Notes: generated from the sequence alone by a model not told the origin. Positions 26,685 through 36,311 are shown, numbered from the stretch's first letter. The stretch is 64,000 nucleotides of DNA from an uncultured Clostridia bacterium (GCA_947625155.1 CANQNG010000001.1:39148-103147); one strand, 5' to 3'. Numbers and translations are program-made.

Positions 26685-27067
26685 GCATCCAGACAACGGC
26701 AGCGCTGTGCATCATCGGGAGCGTGCTCTGTCTGGTGCTGCGGGAGTACCAGAGACCGCAGGCAGCGCTGCTGGGTATCGTGGTCGTCGTGGGGACGATC
26801 CTGAGTGCGATGCCGGAGGTGCGGCAGATCGCCGAGACCGCTTCGGCGCTGTATGCACAGAGCAGTCTTTCGCCTACCTATTTCGTTATCCTTTGCAAAG
26901 CGCTGGGCATTGCCTACCTGACGCAGCTCGGTTCGGACATCTGCCGGGACTGCGGTGAAGCGGCGATCGCCTCGGCGGTAGAGCTGTGCGGACGCATCAG
27001 TCTGGTGGCTCTTGCGCTGCCGCTGTTCGTGCAGCTCACAGAGACTGTTCTGGGGGTGATCGGATGA
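26681..27067 (+). CDS. spoIIIAD: Stage III sporulation protein AD
   Basis: 128-aa polytopic membrane protein. ATGA overlap with spoIIIAC. Motif CKALGIAYLTQLGSDICRDCGE is typical of SpoIIIAD. Confidence 0.88.
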   Translation: MSIQTTAALCIIGSVLCLVLREYQRPQAALLGIVVVVGTILSAMPEVRQIAETASALYAQSSLSPTYFVILCKALGIAYLTQLGSDICRDCGEAAIASAVELCGRISLVALALPLFVQLTETVLGVIG

Positions 27068-28170
27068 AGCATCTGGGGGTAGTGGCGGCGGCACTGCTGC
27101 TGTGCATCTTGCTGTGTACAGGCTTGGCGGTGCGGGCGGAGGACAGCCTTCCGGTGCTGTTTGAAGCGAGCGGTGCAGACGAGCTGGGGGAAGCTTATCT
27201 CCCGGAGGGGGCAGACGTGTCTGATCCGGCATCTTTCACGTCCATGACTTTGCCCGGTCTGCTGCAGACCCTTGCCGGGAGCATAGCTGACCGGTTGGGC
27301 GAGCCGCTGCGGGTGCTGACTTTGCTGATGGGAGTGATCCTGTTGTCTGCCCTTGCCGCCAGCATGAAAGGGGAGCAGAGTGCTGCCGGTACGGTCTACG
27401 AGGTCGTGTGTGTCCTCTGTGCTGTCGGCATTGCCTGCGAACCGATGAGCCGGGTATTTTTGCAGGCGGCGGAGGTACTGAAGAGGACGGCGGATCTCAT
27501 GCTGACGTTTTCGGGGATCTTCGGGGGCGTGCTGGCAGTCGGCGGGGGCTTGACGGTCTCAGCAGTCTACCAGAGCAGCATGGCAGTACTCTGTGAACTG
27601 GCACTGGAAGTCGCTGCCAAATTTCTGCTCCCCCTGCTGGGTATGTGCCTTGCCATGAGCATTGTAGATGCTGTAAACCCGGCGATCTCACTGGAGGGTA
27701 TGATCAAGCTGATACAGAAAGTTTCGGCATGGGTGCTAGGCTTGCTGATGGCGTTGTTTTTAGGGATGCTTTCCGTGCAGAGCATGGTAGCGGTGTCTGC
27801 TGACCGTGCGGGTACCAAGGCAGCCAAATATATGATCTCCGGCTTTGTACCGATCGTGGGCGGTGCGGTCTCGGAGGCATATGCCGCCGTATTGGGCAGC
27901 ATGGGGATCCTGCGCTCGACTACGGGCATGATCGGGATCCTTGCACTGCTGTCGATCTTAGTCCCCGTGCTGGCAGAGCTGGGGATCTACCGTCTGCTGG
28001 CGGCGATCGCAGCGGCAGTCTCGGAACTGTTCGGGACAAAGCAGCTGACACGCCTGTTCCGGAATATGGAAAGCGTCATGGCGACAGGCTTTTCGATCGC
28101 GGTGTGCTTTTCGGTGATGTTTATTTTTTCGACTGCGGTCATGATGCTGCTCGGCGGCACGCAGACCTGA
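27064..28170 (+). CDS. spoIIIAE: Stage III sporulation protein AE
   Basis: Trimmed to the ATG at 27064 (ATGA overlap with spoIIIAD). It has a signal peptide followed by a multi-pass membrane protein with the motif KAAKYMISGFVPIVGGAVSEAY. Confidence 0.88.
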   Translation: MKHLGVVAAALLLCILLCTGLAVRAEDSLPVLFEASGADELGEAYLPEGADVSDPASFTSMTLPGLLQTLAGSIADRLGEPLRVLTLLMGVILLSALAASMKGEQSAAGTVYEVVCVLCAVGIACEPMSRVFLQAAEVLKRTADLMLTFSGIFGGVLAVGGGLTVSAVYQSSMAVLCELALEVAAKFLLPLLGMCLAMSIVDAVNPAISLEGMIKLIQKVSAWVLGLLMALFLGMLSVQSMVAVSADRAGTKAAKYMISGFVPIVGGAVSEAYAAVLGSMGILRSTTGMIGILALLSILVPVLAELGIYRLLAAIAAAVSELFGTKQLTRLFRNMESVMATGFSIAVCFSVMFIFSTAVMMLLGGTQT

Positions 28171-28184
28171 AAGGAGGTGCAGGC

Positions 28185-28655
28185 ATGGAACGTTTGCGGG
28201 AAGCTGTTCTGGGGGCATGTATGCTGAGTACGGCAGTCGGTATCGTGAGCCTGATCCGTCCGAGCCGTCTGCTGGACCGGCAGATACGGTTTCTGATCTC
28301 ATTGCTGTTCGTCATCTGCCTGACCGTACCGTTCGTGCAGATGGATGTGCCGGATCTGCCGGAATTTCTGTCCGGGGATCACAGTGCCGAGCCGTCCGAA
28401 GCTCTGCAAAACGCACTTGACACACAACTGACCGCCGAAGCTGCCCGCCGTGCGGAAGCCGTCCTGAAAGAGCAGCTCACACAGGCAGGCATCACCTGCA
28501 CGTCTTTGCATGCCGGGGTTCATATTGCTGAGGACGGCAGCATATATATTAGTGAAGTCAGTGCAGAATGCAGCGATCTCGCTTCCGCCTGCCGGGTGCT
28601 GGAGGAACTGCTCGGGAAGGAGGTGACGATCTGTGTTACAGAAGCTCTTTCCTGA
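28185..28655 (+). CDS. spoIIIAF: Stage III sporulation protein AF
   Basis: Trimmed to the ATG at 28185, which follows AAGGAGGTG. Two N-terminal TM helices plus a soluble domain, in the sixth position of the operon. Confidence 0.75.
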   Translation: MERLREAVLGACMLSTAVGIVSLIRPSRLLDRQIRFLISLLFVICLTVPFVQMDVPDLPEFLSGDHSAEPSEALQNALDTQLTAEAARRAEAVLKEQLTQAGITCTSLHAGVHIAEDGSIYISEVSAECSDLASACRVLEELLGKEVTICVTEALS

Positions 28656-29166
28656 GCTAAAAAAGAAAGACCTCGTCCTGCACGGCATCGTTCTGCTGGG
28701 ACTGCTCGGCATGGCATGTATCCTGCTTTCCTCCCTGCTCTCCCCGAAAACGGAACGAACGGCAGAGCAGGCGGTCTCAAGCGAACAGGAGACATACCGC
28801 CTTGCCCTGCAGGAGCAGCTTACGGAGATGCTTACGTCTATTTCGGGTGTGGGGCAGGCAGAGGTGCTTGTCACGCTCGAGGGCAGTGAGCAGTACCGTT
28901 ATGCACAGGATGACGACCGCACGGTCTCCGACACGCAGGTGCGCAGCAGCACGAGCTATGTCACTGTCGGAGGCAGCCGTGAAGCGCTGGTGGAATCCGT
29001 CTCCCATCCGGGTATCACCGGCGTTGTGGTCTCCTGTGAAGGCGGTGCGAGCAGCACCGTACAGGAGGCTGTCTACAAAGCCGTTTCCGTAGCGTGCGGA
29101 CTGCCTGTCAGTCAGATCTATGTCACAAGATCAGCAGGCTCATCACGAAAGGAGAATGTTTCATGA
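28633..29166 (+). CDS. spoIIIAG: Stage III sporulation protein AG
   Basis: GTG start after AAGGAGGTGA. N-terminal TM helix and a C-terminal ring-building-motif-like region (GITGVVVSCEGGASSTVQEAVYKAVSVACGLPVSQIYV). Confidence 0.82.
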   Translation: MLQKLFPELKKKDLVLHGIVLLGLLGMACILLSSLLSPKTERTAEQAVSSEQETYRLALQEQLTEMLTSISGVGQAEVLVTLEGSEQYRYAQDDDRTVSDTQVRSSTSYVTVGGSREALVESVSHPGITGVVVSCEGGASSTVQEAVYKAVSVACGLPVSQIYVTRSAGSSRKENVS

Positions 29167-29741
29167 AAAAACCATCTGTTATCATCGGCAAGCGTCAGAT
29201 CGTCCTGTCCTGCCTGACGGCAATGCTTGCCATCGCGGTTTACATCAATTATTCGCTCTCGCAATCGGAGCAGATCACGCCGGTCACGGAGTTGGACGGG
29301 CAGACCCATTACGGCGATATGGAGTTCGTCAACGCTGGACTGGAAGAAGAGCCGGTCGATGCGGCGGCAGAACAAACAGCAGCCGACCCTGCCGCTGACT
29401 ATTTCGCACAGGCAAGACTGGAAAAAGCGACCAACCGTGATGAAGCCGTCCAGACCCTGCAAATGATCATGGGCGGCGGCGATATCACCAACGAGGAAGC
29501 CGTTACCACTGCTCTGAGTGCTGTTGAGGTCTCCAAGCTCATCGAGAGCGAGGGCAATATCGAATCGCTCATCCGTTCGCAGGGGTTCGAGGACTGCGTG
29601 GTGTATCTGGACGGCGATTCTGCGAAGGTCGTAGTACGTTCGGACGGGCTGGAGGCAGCCGATGCTGCCCTCATCAAGGACATTATTTTGGGTGAGATCG
29701 CAATTTCTTCAGAAAATATTAGAATTTTTGAGGTAAAGTAG
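29163..29741 (+). CDS. spoIIIAH: Stage III sporulation protein AH
   Basis: Trimmed to the ATG at 29163 (overlaps the spoIIIAG stop). TM anchor, acidic linker and a C-terminal domain (FEDCVVYLDGDSAKVVVRSDGLEAADAALIKDII) typical of SpoIIIAH. Confidence 0.8.
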   Translation: MKKPSVIIGKRQIVLSCLTAMLAIAVYINYSLSQSEQITPVTELDGQTHYGDMEFVNAGLEEEPVDAAAEQTAADPAADYFAQARLEKATNRDEAVQTLQMIMGGGDITNEEAVTTALSAVEVSKLIESEGNIESLIRSQGFEDCVVYLDGDSAKVVVRSDGLEAADAALIKDIILGEIAISSENIRIFEVK

Positions 29742-29770
29742 TTGTAAAATCCTTGAAAATTTGGTATAAT
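29742..29770 (+). promoter_or_regulatory. Sigma-A type promoter (extended -10) of the asp23-nusB-... operon
   Basis: TTGTAA (29742-29747), 17-nt spacer ending in TGG, TATAAT (29765-29770). It sits in an AT-rich intergenic tract. Confidence 0.65.
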
Positions 29771-29859
29771 AAAAGTAAGGCAGATTTTTCAGGCAAAAAA
29801 CATACATAATTGTAAATATTATGTAATGTTGCCAAAAAAACACAGAAAGGATGTTCTAT

Positions 29860-30189
29860 ATGAGTACAGTCAGATCCGCAAGGCGGTCTGTCAACATCTC
29901 GGACGAGGTACTTTGCCGGGTGGCAGCCCTTGCTGCACAGGATGTGGAGGGCGTTGTCCGGCTTGCCGGAACGCATAGTCTGCAAGATCCTCTGGGGAGA
30001 TCCGTCCGGATCCGGAATCTGGGCGGTGCGATCTCCGTACAGGTGAGCCTTGTCATCAGCGGCGGCAGCCGTGCCGTGACCGTGGCAAAGCAGGTCCAGC
30101 AGGCAGTCAAGCAGGGGATCCAAGATATGACCGGTGTGACAGCCGTGCATGTGAATGTAGAGATCAGCGGCATGGAGGAAGATGTGTAA
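29860..30189 (+). CDS. Asp23/Gls24 family envelope stress protein (alkaline shock protein-like)
   Basis: Second ATG (29860) chosen from the RBS spacing. ISDEVLCRVAALAAQDVEGVV and VEISGMEE match the Asp23-family pattern. It occupies the same position as yqhY upstream of nusB in Bacillus. Confidence 0.8.
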   Translation: MSTVRSARRSVNISDEVLCRVAALAAQDVEGVVRLAGTHSLQDPLGRSVRIRNLGGAISVQVSLVISGGSRAVTVAKQVQQAVKQGIQDMTGVTAVHVNVEISGMEEDV

Positions 30190-30255
30190 CGCATCGGCAG
30201 CATACGGCTCATCCGTATGCTGCACAGCCGTTTGTCAGGAAAGGAAAGGAACACT

Positions 30256-30672
30256 ATGACAAAACGTGAATGCAGGGAAAATGCGTTTATCCTGCTCTTT
30301 GAGGCATCGCTGCGGGATGATACGCCGGAGGAGCTGTACCGCATTGCCGAGGAGCTGGAAGAACCGGCACTGAATGACAGGGTGAAAGCCCTCGTGGAGG
30401 GCGTGCTGGCACATGCGGAAGAGATCGACGGCATCATTGCTTCTTACAGCAAGACAAGGGCAGTCAGCCGTATCGCACGGGTGGATCTCATTTTGCTGCG
30501 CATGGCGATCTATGAACTGCTCTATTGCCCGAAGGTGCCGGTCAATGTGGCAGTCAGTGAGGCGATCGGTATTTCCGAGAAATATGCCTATCAGGAGGAC
30601 ACGGCTTTCATCAACGGTGTGCTGGGCGCTTACTCCCGTTCACTGCCGCCCCGCACACAGGAGAACGCCTGA
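30256..30672 (+). CDS. nusB: Transcription antitermination factor NusB
   Basis: Trimmed to the ATG at 30256. RECRENAFILLFE..., DLILLRMAIYELLY, and VAVSEAIGISEKYAYQEDTAFINGVLG match the NusB pattern. Confidence 0.9.
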   Translation: MTKRECRENAFILLFEASLRDDTPEELYRIAEELEEPALNDRVKALVEGVLAHAEEIDGIIASYSKTRAVSRIARVDLILLRMAIYELLYCPKVPVNVAVSEAIGISEKYAYQEDTAFINGVLGAYSRSLPPRTQENA

Positions 30673-31604
30673 TGGCGCTGTATCTGGGGCTCGATACCAG
30701 CAACTACACCACTTCCGCCGCCGTCTATGACAGCGAGACACATGCTGTCCGGCAGGCAAAGCAGCTTCTTCCGGTCAAACCCGGTGAAAAGGGGCTGCGG
30801 CAGAGCGATGCGGTGTTCCATCATACCGTACAGCTCCCGGAGGTGCTGGCACAGGTGGACTTTACGGGGTGCGCAGGGATCGGGGTCTCCGGAAAGCCGA
30901 GGCAGGCAGAGGGTTCGTACATGCCCTGCTTTCTGTGCGGTGCAGGTGCTGCCCGGATGCTCGGACAGGCGCTTTCCGTTCCGGTGTACATCACAAGTCA
31001 CCAGACGGGGCATATTTTAGCGGCGCTGTATGCGGCAGGGAAGCTCTCACTGTTGGGGAGACCGTTCATTGCATTCCACGTCAGCGGCGGAACGACAGAG
31101 TGCGTACTGTGTGAGCCGGATGAAAAGAGACTGATACATATCGAGCCGCTTGCCGGTTCGCTGGATCTCAAAGCAGGACAACTGATCGACCGGGTGGGGA
31201 TCATGCTGGGTCTGCGGTTCCCGTGCGGTGCAGAGCTGGAACGGCTGGCAGAGGAGAGCCAAGCGCCATGCCGCTATCAGCCTGTGTGCAAGGAGGCGGA
31301 CTGTTGTCTGTCCGGGCTGGAGAACCAGTGCAGGGACTTCCTTGCGCAGGGGCACTCTCCGCAGGATACCGCAAGGTTTTGCCTGACGGCTGTGGCAGAG
31401 GTGCTTGCGGAAATGACAGAACGTGTGCTTGCTGACAGACCGCTGCCTGTGCTGTATGCAGGCGGTGTGATGTCGGACAAGCTGATACAGGAACGGCTGA
31501 CAGGAGACGGCAGATATTTTGCATCGCCGGAGTTTTCCTGTGACAATGCTGTGGGAACGGCATTGTTTGCCGCTGCACAACAGGAGGGGCTATGTCGGTC
31601 ATAA
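30672..31604 (+). CDS. TsaD/Kae1 (peptidase M22, ASKHA-fold) family paralogue of unknown role
   Basis: 310 aa. LGLDTSNYTTSAAV (phosphate-1-like), HQTGH (resembles the HxxxH metal site of TsaD), and AFHVSGGTTE (ASKHA phosphate-2-like). TGATG overlap with nusB. Confidence 0.6.
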   Translation: MALYLGLDTSNYTTSAAVYDSETHAVRQAKQLLPVKPGEKGLRQSDAVFHHTVQLPEVLAQVDFTGCAGIGVSGKPRQAEGSYMPCFLCGAGAARMLGQALSVPVYITSHQTGHILAALYAAGKLSLLGRPFIAFHVSGGTTECVLCEPDEKRLIHIEPLAGSLDLKAGQLIDRVGIMLGLRFPCGAELERLAEESQAPCRYQPVCKEADCCLSGLENQCRDFLAQGHSPQDTARFCLTAVAEVLAEMTERVLADRPLPVLYAGGVMSDKLIQERLTGDGRYFASPEFSCDNAVGTALFAAAQQEGLCRS

Positions 31605-32875
31605 CAGTTTCACAGCTCAACACTTACCTGTCCTCCGTCCTTGGCGGGGACAGCAGACTGCGGCGTTTTATGTTACAGGGTGAGGTCGCCAATTTCAAGA
31701 AACATACTTCCGGGCACTGGTATTTTTCCCTGAAAGACAGCAGCAGCACCATCCGTGCGGTGATGTTCCGGAGCCATGCGGGCAGGATGAAGTTCCTCCC
31801 GAAAGACGGCATGAAAGTCATTGTCAGTGCCAGTGTAACGGTCTATGAGGCAGGCGGTTACTATCAGGTGAATGTGACCGACATGCAGCCGGACGGTGTG
31901 GGGGCTGCCTTGCTGGCATTGGAGCAGAGAAAGGAAAAGTTCCGGAAAGAGGGACTATTGGATCCAGCCCGGAAGCGGGAACTGCCCTTTCTGCCGCATA
32001 CGGTCGGGGTCGTTACTTCCTCGACGGGTGATGCTTTGCAGGATATCCTGCGCACGGTAGGGAACCGCTGTCCGTTGGTGCGGGTTCTGGTATTCCCGGT
32101 GCTTGTGCAGGGCGAACGGGCGGCGGAGAGCATTGCTGCCGGGATACGCTTTGCGGGGACACAGGGGTGCGATGTCATCATTGTGGGCAGGGGTGGCGGA
32201 TCGGCAGAAGATCTCGAGCCGTTCAATGCCGAGGCAGTCGCCTATGCGATCGCCGGCTGCCCTGTGCCGGTGATCTCAGCGGTCGGGCATGAAGCGGATG
32301 TGAGCCTTGCAGATCTGGTCGCCGATGTCCGTGCAGCGACCCCGACGGCGGCGGCAGTCGCTGCCGTTCCGGAACGCAGCGCCCTGCACGAGCAGGTACG
32401 GCAGACCGTGCAGCGGCTCGAGCAGGCTTACCTTGCGGGGATCCGGACGAGGCAGCAGCAGTTGGACATACTGACCGGAGGGCTGAAGCAGTGCCGCCCG
32501 GATCACCGGATCCGGCTGCACAGGGCGGAGTGCGATAAACTGACCGAACGCCTGCAAAAGGCGATGCAGCTTTATCTGACCCGCAGAAAGGCAAAGCTGG
32601 ATGCCGGGCAGAAGGAGTGCCTTCGTCTGACAGAACGGATGCAGAAGTCCATGCAGCTCTTTCTTGCCAGAAAAAGCGCCCAGCTAACGGCACAGCAGGA
32701 GAAGCTGACACAGCTTGACCCGCTGCGCATCCTGCAAAGGGGCTATGCGGCTGTTTATAACGAAAACGGTGCGGTGCTGACCGCTGCCGCTGATGTGAGA
32801 CCCGGTGAGCGTATCCGGGTGCAGCTGGCGGAAGGCAGCCTGACCGCAAGAGTGGAGGAACATCATGCAATATGA
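31592..32875 (+). CDS. xseA: Exodeoxyribonuclease VII large subunit
   Basis: 427 aa. N-terminal OB-fold pattern (VSQLNTYLSSVL...GEVANFKKHTSGHWYFSLKD), GRGGGSAEDL, and a long C-terminal helical region. Confidence 0.92.
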   Translation: MSVITVSQLNTYLSSVLGGDSRLRRFMLQGEVANFKKHTSGHWYFSLKDSSSTIRAVMFRSHAGRMKFLPKDGMKVIVSASVTVYEAGGYYQVNVTDMQPDGVGAALLALEQRKEKFRKEGLLDPARKRELPFLPHTVGVVTSSTGDALQDILRTVGNRCPLVRVLVFPVLVQGERAAESIAAGIRFAGTQGCDVIIVGRGGGSAEDLEPFNAEAVAYAIAGCPVPVISAVGHEADVSLADLVADVRAATPTAAAVAAVPERSALHEQVRQTVQRLEQAYLAGIRTRQQQLDILTGGLKQCRPDHRIRLHRAECDKLTERLQKAMQLYLTRRKAKLDAGQKECLRLTERMQKSMQLFLARKSAQLTAQQEKLTQLDPLRILQRGYAAVYNENGAVLTAAADVRPGERIRVQLAEGSLTARVEEHHAI

Positions 32876-33062
32876 GGAAATGATGAAAAGGCTGGAAGAA
32901 ATTACCTGCCGTCTGGAAAAGGAACAATTACCGCTGGCAGAGGCTGCCAAGCTCTATCAGGAGGGGATGCAGCTTTCGGCGCAGTGCCATGCGCTGCTCG
33001 ACAAGGCTGCGCTTGCTGTGCAGGAAATGCAGGTCCCGGCAGGAAATGGAGGGGATGCCTGA
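32865..33062 (+). CDS. xseB: Exodeoxyribonuclease VII small subunit
   Basis: 65 aa. EEMMKRLEEITCRLEKEQLPLAEAAKLYQEGMQL matches the XseB pattern. It overlaps the xseA 3' end. Confidence 0.9.
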   Translation: MQYEEMMKRLEEITCRLEKEQLPLAEAAKLYQEGMQLSAQCHALLDKAALAVQEMQVPAGNGGDA

Positions 33063-33958
33063 TGAACGTGAAGGAACAGCTTACTGCCTACGCACAGCGC
33101 TGCGAGAGCGATATGCTGGAGCGTGTGGCAGATATGGAGAAACGTGCGCAGGGCATGGATATTGGCACTTTGTTCGATGCGATGCGGCATTCGCTGACAG
33201 CGGGCGGCAAGCGGATACGCCCTGCCATGATCTATGCGTTCTGTGCAGCCTGCGGGGGTACACCGGAACAGGCTGATGCAGCAGCCTGTGCTATGGAAAT
33301 GACACATACATCCTCTCTGATCTTTGACGACCTGCCGGCAATGGACAATGATGATATGCGCCGGGGCAAGCCATCCTGTCACAAGGCGTTCGGGGAGGCA
33401 ACGGCGATCTTAGCGGGCGATGCGCTGATCTGTGCGCCGTTTGCTGTCATTGCGGAGGATACGGCGCTTTCCGCAGAACAGAAGGTGGAACTGGTGCGTA
33501 TCCTGTCTGTCTTTGAGGGGACGGGCGGCATGGTCGGCGGTCAGCAGATGGACATGCAATTTGAAACGCAGGAGACTGTCACTGTTGACGAGCTGGAAAC
33601 GATGTGTAATGGCAAGACCGGTGCGCTGATGGCGGCAGCCTGCCAGATGGGCTGTGTCTGCGGCGGCGGCAGTCCGGAACAGCTCTCGGCAGCAAAGCAG
33701 TATGGGTATTATGTGGGACTGGCATTCCAGATCATGGACGACATTCTGGATGTGACAAGTACGGCAGAGGTGCTCGGCAAGCCGATCGGCAGCGATGAAC
33801 AGGAAGGCAAAAAGACCTTCGTCACGCTGCTTGGCTTGGAGGCAGCAAAGGCAAGGGCTGCAAAGCTGACGGCACTTGCCCATGAACAACTGGACTGCTT
33901 TACGGGTACGGAATTCCTGCATGCACTGACGGATGCCCTGCTGGTACGGGTACAGTAA
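33062..33958 (+). CDS. ispA: Farnesyl/geranylgeranyl diphosphate synthase (polyprenyl synthetase)
   Basis: Trimmed to the ATG at 33062, which overlaps the xseB stop. First DDxxD-type motif LIFDDLPAMDNDDMRRGKP and second motif FQIMDDILD. Confidence 0.92.
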   Translation: MNVKEQLTAYAQRCESDMLERVADMEKRAQGMDIGTLFDAMRHSLTAGGKRIRPAMIYAFCAACGGTPEQADAAACAMEMTHTSSLIFDDLPAMDNDDMRRGKPSCHKAFGEATAILAGDALICAPFAVIAEDTALSAEQKVELVRILSVFEGTGGMVGGQQMDMQFETQETVTVDELETMCNGKTGALMAAACQMGCVCGGGSPEQLSAAKQYGYYVGLAFQIMDDILDVTSTAEVLGKPIGSDEQEGKKTFVTLLGLEAAKARAAKLTALAHEQLDCFTGTEFLHALTDALLVRVQ

Positions 33959-33970
33959 GGGGCGTGCAGC

Positions 33971-34411
33971 ATGGTATATAATCCCATTCTTTGTGCGGCA
34001 GTTTTCGGCTGGGCTGCTGCACAGTTCATCAAATTTATCCTGCATTTCGTTCAGAATGCAAGTTTCCGGCTGGAACGGCTCTATGGGTCGGGCGGCATGC
34101 CTAGCTCGCATTCCTCATTGGTCTGCGCAGCATTTATTTCCACAGGACGTGCAGAGGGCTGGGACAGCCCGATCGTTGCGGTCATGTTTGTGGTGGCAGC
34201 GATCGTCATGTATGATGCAGCCAATGTCCGTCTGGAGGCAGGAAAGCATGCCAAGCAGCTCAATGAGATCATGATGCGGCTTTTGGCACAGGACGGAAAC
34301 ACTGACACTAAGATAAAGGAGTTTAAGGAATTACTGGGTCACACACCATTTCAGGTGGTGTGCGGCGCAGTGCTGGGCATCGTGATCGGTGCGCTGATTC
34401 CTTTGCGGTGA
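33971..34411 (+). CDS. Divergent PAP2 family membrane protein (YuiD/DUF212-like)
   Basis: 146 aa. GGMPSSHSSLVCA and MYDAANVRLEAGKHA motifs typical of the acid phosphatase/vanadium haloperoxidase-related family. Confidence 0.8.
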   Translation: MVYNPILCAAVFGWAAAQFIKFILHFVQNASFRLERLYGSGGMPSSHSSLVCAAFISTGRAEGWDSPIVAVMFVVAAIVMYDAANVRLEAGKHAKQLNEIMMRLLAQDGNTDTKIKEFKELLGHTPFQVVCGAVLGIVIGALIPLR

Positions 34412-34415
34412 GACT

Positions 34416-36311
34416 ATGGACAGAATGGAAAAGGATCAGAACAGGCAGGAGATCTGTCTCAGAGATCTTCAGCTTCCGCAGGATCTGAAAAAACTGGATC
34501 TCTACCAGTGCCGCCGGCTGACAAAGGAGATACGGGGGATCTTGGTACGGACGATCTCTCATAACGGCGGACACCTTGCCTCGAATCTGGGTACGGTGGA
34601 GCTGACACTGGCGCTGCACAGGGTCTTTGAATCCCCACAGGACAAGTTCATCTGGGATGTCGGGCATCAGTGCTATACGCACAAGCTCCTGACCGGACGG
34701 CTGCATGAATTCTCCCATATCCGCAAGGAGGGCGGGATCTCCGGTTTCCCGAAACCGATGGAGTCGCCGCATGATGCCGTTATCAGCGGACACAGCAGCA
34801 CGTCTATTTCCAGTGCATGCGGTATTGCCGAGGCGATGCGGCTCAAGGGGGATACGCAGCACCGTGTCATTGCCATTATCGGTGATGGGGCATTTACCGG
34901 CGGACTTGCCTTTGAGGGGCTGAACAACGGCGGAAAGAAGAAGCTGCAAAATCTGATCGTGATACTGAATGACAACGATATGTCGATCTCCGGGAATGTG
35001 GGGGCAGTGTCTGGCTATTTGCGCTCTATCCGGGAAAGCGAGGGCTATGTCCGCCGCAAACAGGAGCTGGAGGGCAATCTGCGGAATACCCCTGTTGTCG
35101 GCATACCGACGATCAAGGTGCTGAAAAAGACAAAGGACAGCTTCAAAAGGATCGTGATCAAGCAGGCGACCATGTTTGAGCAGATGGGGTTTGTGTATCT
35201 CGGTCCGGTGGACGGGCACGACCAGCAGGAACTGGAGGATGTGCTCAATACGGCAAAGCGCTATGATGCGCCGGTGTTTATCCATGTCAAGACGATAAAG
35301 GGAAAGGGCTATCTCCCGGCAGAGAAAGATCCTACCCAATTCCACGGGGTGTCGAGATTCGATATTATGACGGGAAACCCGGAAGTTTCAGGTGATGACT
35401 GCTACTCGGCAGCCTTTGGCAAGGAGCTGACACGGCTGGCAGCAGAGGACAAGCGTATCTGTGCCATTACTGCTGCGATGGAATTCGGGACAGGCTTGCA
35501 GTATTTTGAAGCGGAGTTCCCGGAGCGCTTCTATGATGTGGGGATCGCCGAGCAGCATGCTGTCACTTTTGCGGCAGGGCTGGCAGCCTCGGGAGCGATC
35601 CCGGTGTTTGCGGTGTATTCCACATTTTTGCAGCGTTCCTTTGACCAACTGATACACGATGTGGCGATCGGCGGGCTGCATGTGGTGCTTGGCATCGATC
35701 GGGCAGGGTTTGTCGGGGAGGACGGCGAAACGCATCAGGGAACATTTGATGTTTCCATGCTGACAGCCGTGCCGGGCAGTGTGATCTATTCGCCGGTCGG
35801 CTATGAGGAACTGCGGCAGTGCCTGCGGCGTGCTGTCTTTGCGGAAACGGGGCTGGCAGCAGTCCGCTATCCGAGGGGCAGCGAAAAGGGGCTGACATTC
35901 CCGGGCAGACCGGAGACAAATTACAGCTTTATCGACGGGGAGTCGGATGTGCTGCTGATCTCTTACGGACGGGCTTTTGAGTCTCTCTGGCAGGCGCACT
36001 GCACGTGTGAAAAGATCGGCTACCGGACAAGTCTGCTGCGGCTGACGAGGATCTTCCCGGTGGAGGAGGATCTTGTGGAACAGGCGCTTTCCTACAGGAC
36101 GGTCATCTTCTTTGAAGAGGGCAGGGGATACGGCGGTATCTCGACCATTTTTGGTTCTTTGCTGGCACAGTACGGCTTCACGGGGCGGTTTGTGCGGGTA
36201 TCGGCAGACGGCTTTCAGAAGCAGGCATCCATGCCGGTACAGCTCGACAAGGCGGAGCTTTCTGCTCCGGCGGTGTGCCGCTATATCTACGCCTATGGCA
36301 CAAAGAGCTGA
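34416..36311 (+). CDS. dxs: 1-deoxy-D-xylulose-5-phosphate synthase
   Basis: 631 aa. GGHLASNLGTVELTLALHRVF, the ThDP motif IIGDGAFTGGLAFEGLNN...LNDN, and FYDVGIAEQHAVTFAAGLA. Confidence 0.95.
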   Translation: MDRMEKDQNRQEICLRDLQLPQDLKKLDLYQCRRLTKEIRGILVRTISHNGGHLASNLGTVELTLALHRVFESPQDKFIWDVGHQCYTHKLLTGRLHEFSHIRKEGGISGFPKPMESPHDAVISGHSSTSISSACGIAEAMRLKGDTQHRVIAIIGDGAFTGGLAFEGLNNGGKKKLQNLIVILNDNDMSISGNVGAVSGYLRSIRESEGYVRRKQELEGNLRNTPVVGIPTIKVLKKTKDSFKRIVIKQATMFEQMGFVYLGPVDGHDQQELEDVLNTAKRYDAPVFIHVKTIKGKGYLPAEKDPTQFHGVSRFDIMTGNPEVSGDDCYSAAFGKELTRLAAEDKRICAITAAMEFGTGLQYFEAEFPERFYDVGIAEQHAVTFAAGLAASGAIPVFAVYSTFLQRSFDQLIHDVAIGGLHVVLGIDRAGFVGEDGETHQGTFDVSMLTAVPGSVIYSPVGYEELRQCLRRAVFAETGLAAVRYPRGSEKGLTFPGRPETNYSFIDGESDVLLISYGRAFESLWQAHCTCEKIGYRTSLLRLTRIFPVEEDLVEQALSYRTVIFFEEGRGYGGISTIFGSLLAQYGFTGRFVRVSADGFQKQASMPVQLDKAELSAPAVCRYIYAYGTKS

